Source of the DNA: a virus
Lineage: Duplodnaviria; Heunggongvirae; Uroviricota; Caudoviricetes
IMG/VR virus record: IMGVR_UViG_2531839486_000011
Reading direction: 5' to 3' (one strand)
DNA: 5,433 nucleotides
Under the pieces are notes generated by a model. That model was not told where the DNA came from and ran no database searches. It saw only the letters and a program-made list of their open reading frames with translations. Both the position numbers and the translations under genes were made by a program. Positions 5,218 to 5,433 of this stretch are shown piece after piece. The stretch's first letter is position 1. The number at the start of each line of letters is the position of its first letter.

Positions 5218-5373
5218 ATGGATACTATCGATCTTGGCAACAGCGAATCTCTGGTATGTGGCGTGTTCCCCAACCAGGACGGTACGTTCACCGCGATGAC
5301 GTATACCAAAAGCAAAACGTTTAAAACCGAAAATGGTGCCCGTCGCTGGCTGGAAAGAAACTCAGGTGAGTGA
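5218..5373 (+). CDS. Small prophage protein, 51 aa, YdfA/YdaF-like (DUF1391-like); alternative upstream start at 5137 gives 78 aa
   Basis: The track ORF is 5137..5373. The internal ATG at 5218 has a better SD (GAGGT 5-6 nt upstream) and gives MDTIDLGNSESLVCGVFPNQDGTFTAMTYTKSKTFKTENGARRWLERNSGE, the size and sequence type I recall for the small proteins next to Rac/Qin repressors. Confidence 0.6.
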   Translation: MDTIDLGNSESLVCGVFPNQDGTFTAMTYTKSKTFKTENGARRWLERNSGE

Positions 5374-5374
5374 T

Positions 5375-5433
5375 ATGGATTTCGACACAATCATGGAAAA
5401 GGCTTACGAAGAATACTTCGAAGGTCTTGCCGA
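5375..5433 (+). CDS. Small hypothetical protein, 5' end only (MDFDTIMEKAYEEYFEGLA...), continues beyond the window
   Basis: ATG at 5375 lies 1 nt after the upstream stop codon (5371-5373), with SD-like GGTGAG at 5365-5370, suggesting translational coupling. It is not in the ORF track because no stop falls within the window. Confidence 0.45.
   Translation, partial: MDFDTIMEKAYEEYFEGLA

Noticed and set aside
5163-5390. Minus-strand 75-aa ORF overlapping the small + strand gene
   Set aside because: It is antisense to a gene with a good RBS and family-typical product, and has no upstream signals.

Overview
This window looks like the edge of a mosaic, partly decayed lambdoid (Rac/Qin-like) prophage from an enterobacterium, read mostly in reverse orientation. 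From left to right: the end of an IS186 copy with the 5' part of its transposase (1-379); a hok/mok type I toxin locus ending 22 bp from the IS (402-614); about 560 bp with no convincing gene; a strongly AT-rich, apparently foreign gene on the + strand (1182-1991) whose product has an N-terminal HNH-like zinc-finger nuclease motif; then a minus-strand early-right operon (Cro/YdaS-like, YdaT-like, a replication-initiator-like gene with embedded iteron-like repeats, and a 140-aa gene in the helicase-loader position); a divergent + strand repressor gene (4533-4952); and a second operator/promoter region driving small + strand genes (DUF1391-like). The most interesting candidate is the AT-rich HNH-like orphan gene, which could be a single-gene anti-phage nuclease or a freestanding homing endonuclease. 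All homology statements rest on reading the translations and on memory of the protein families; no database search was run.
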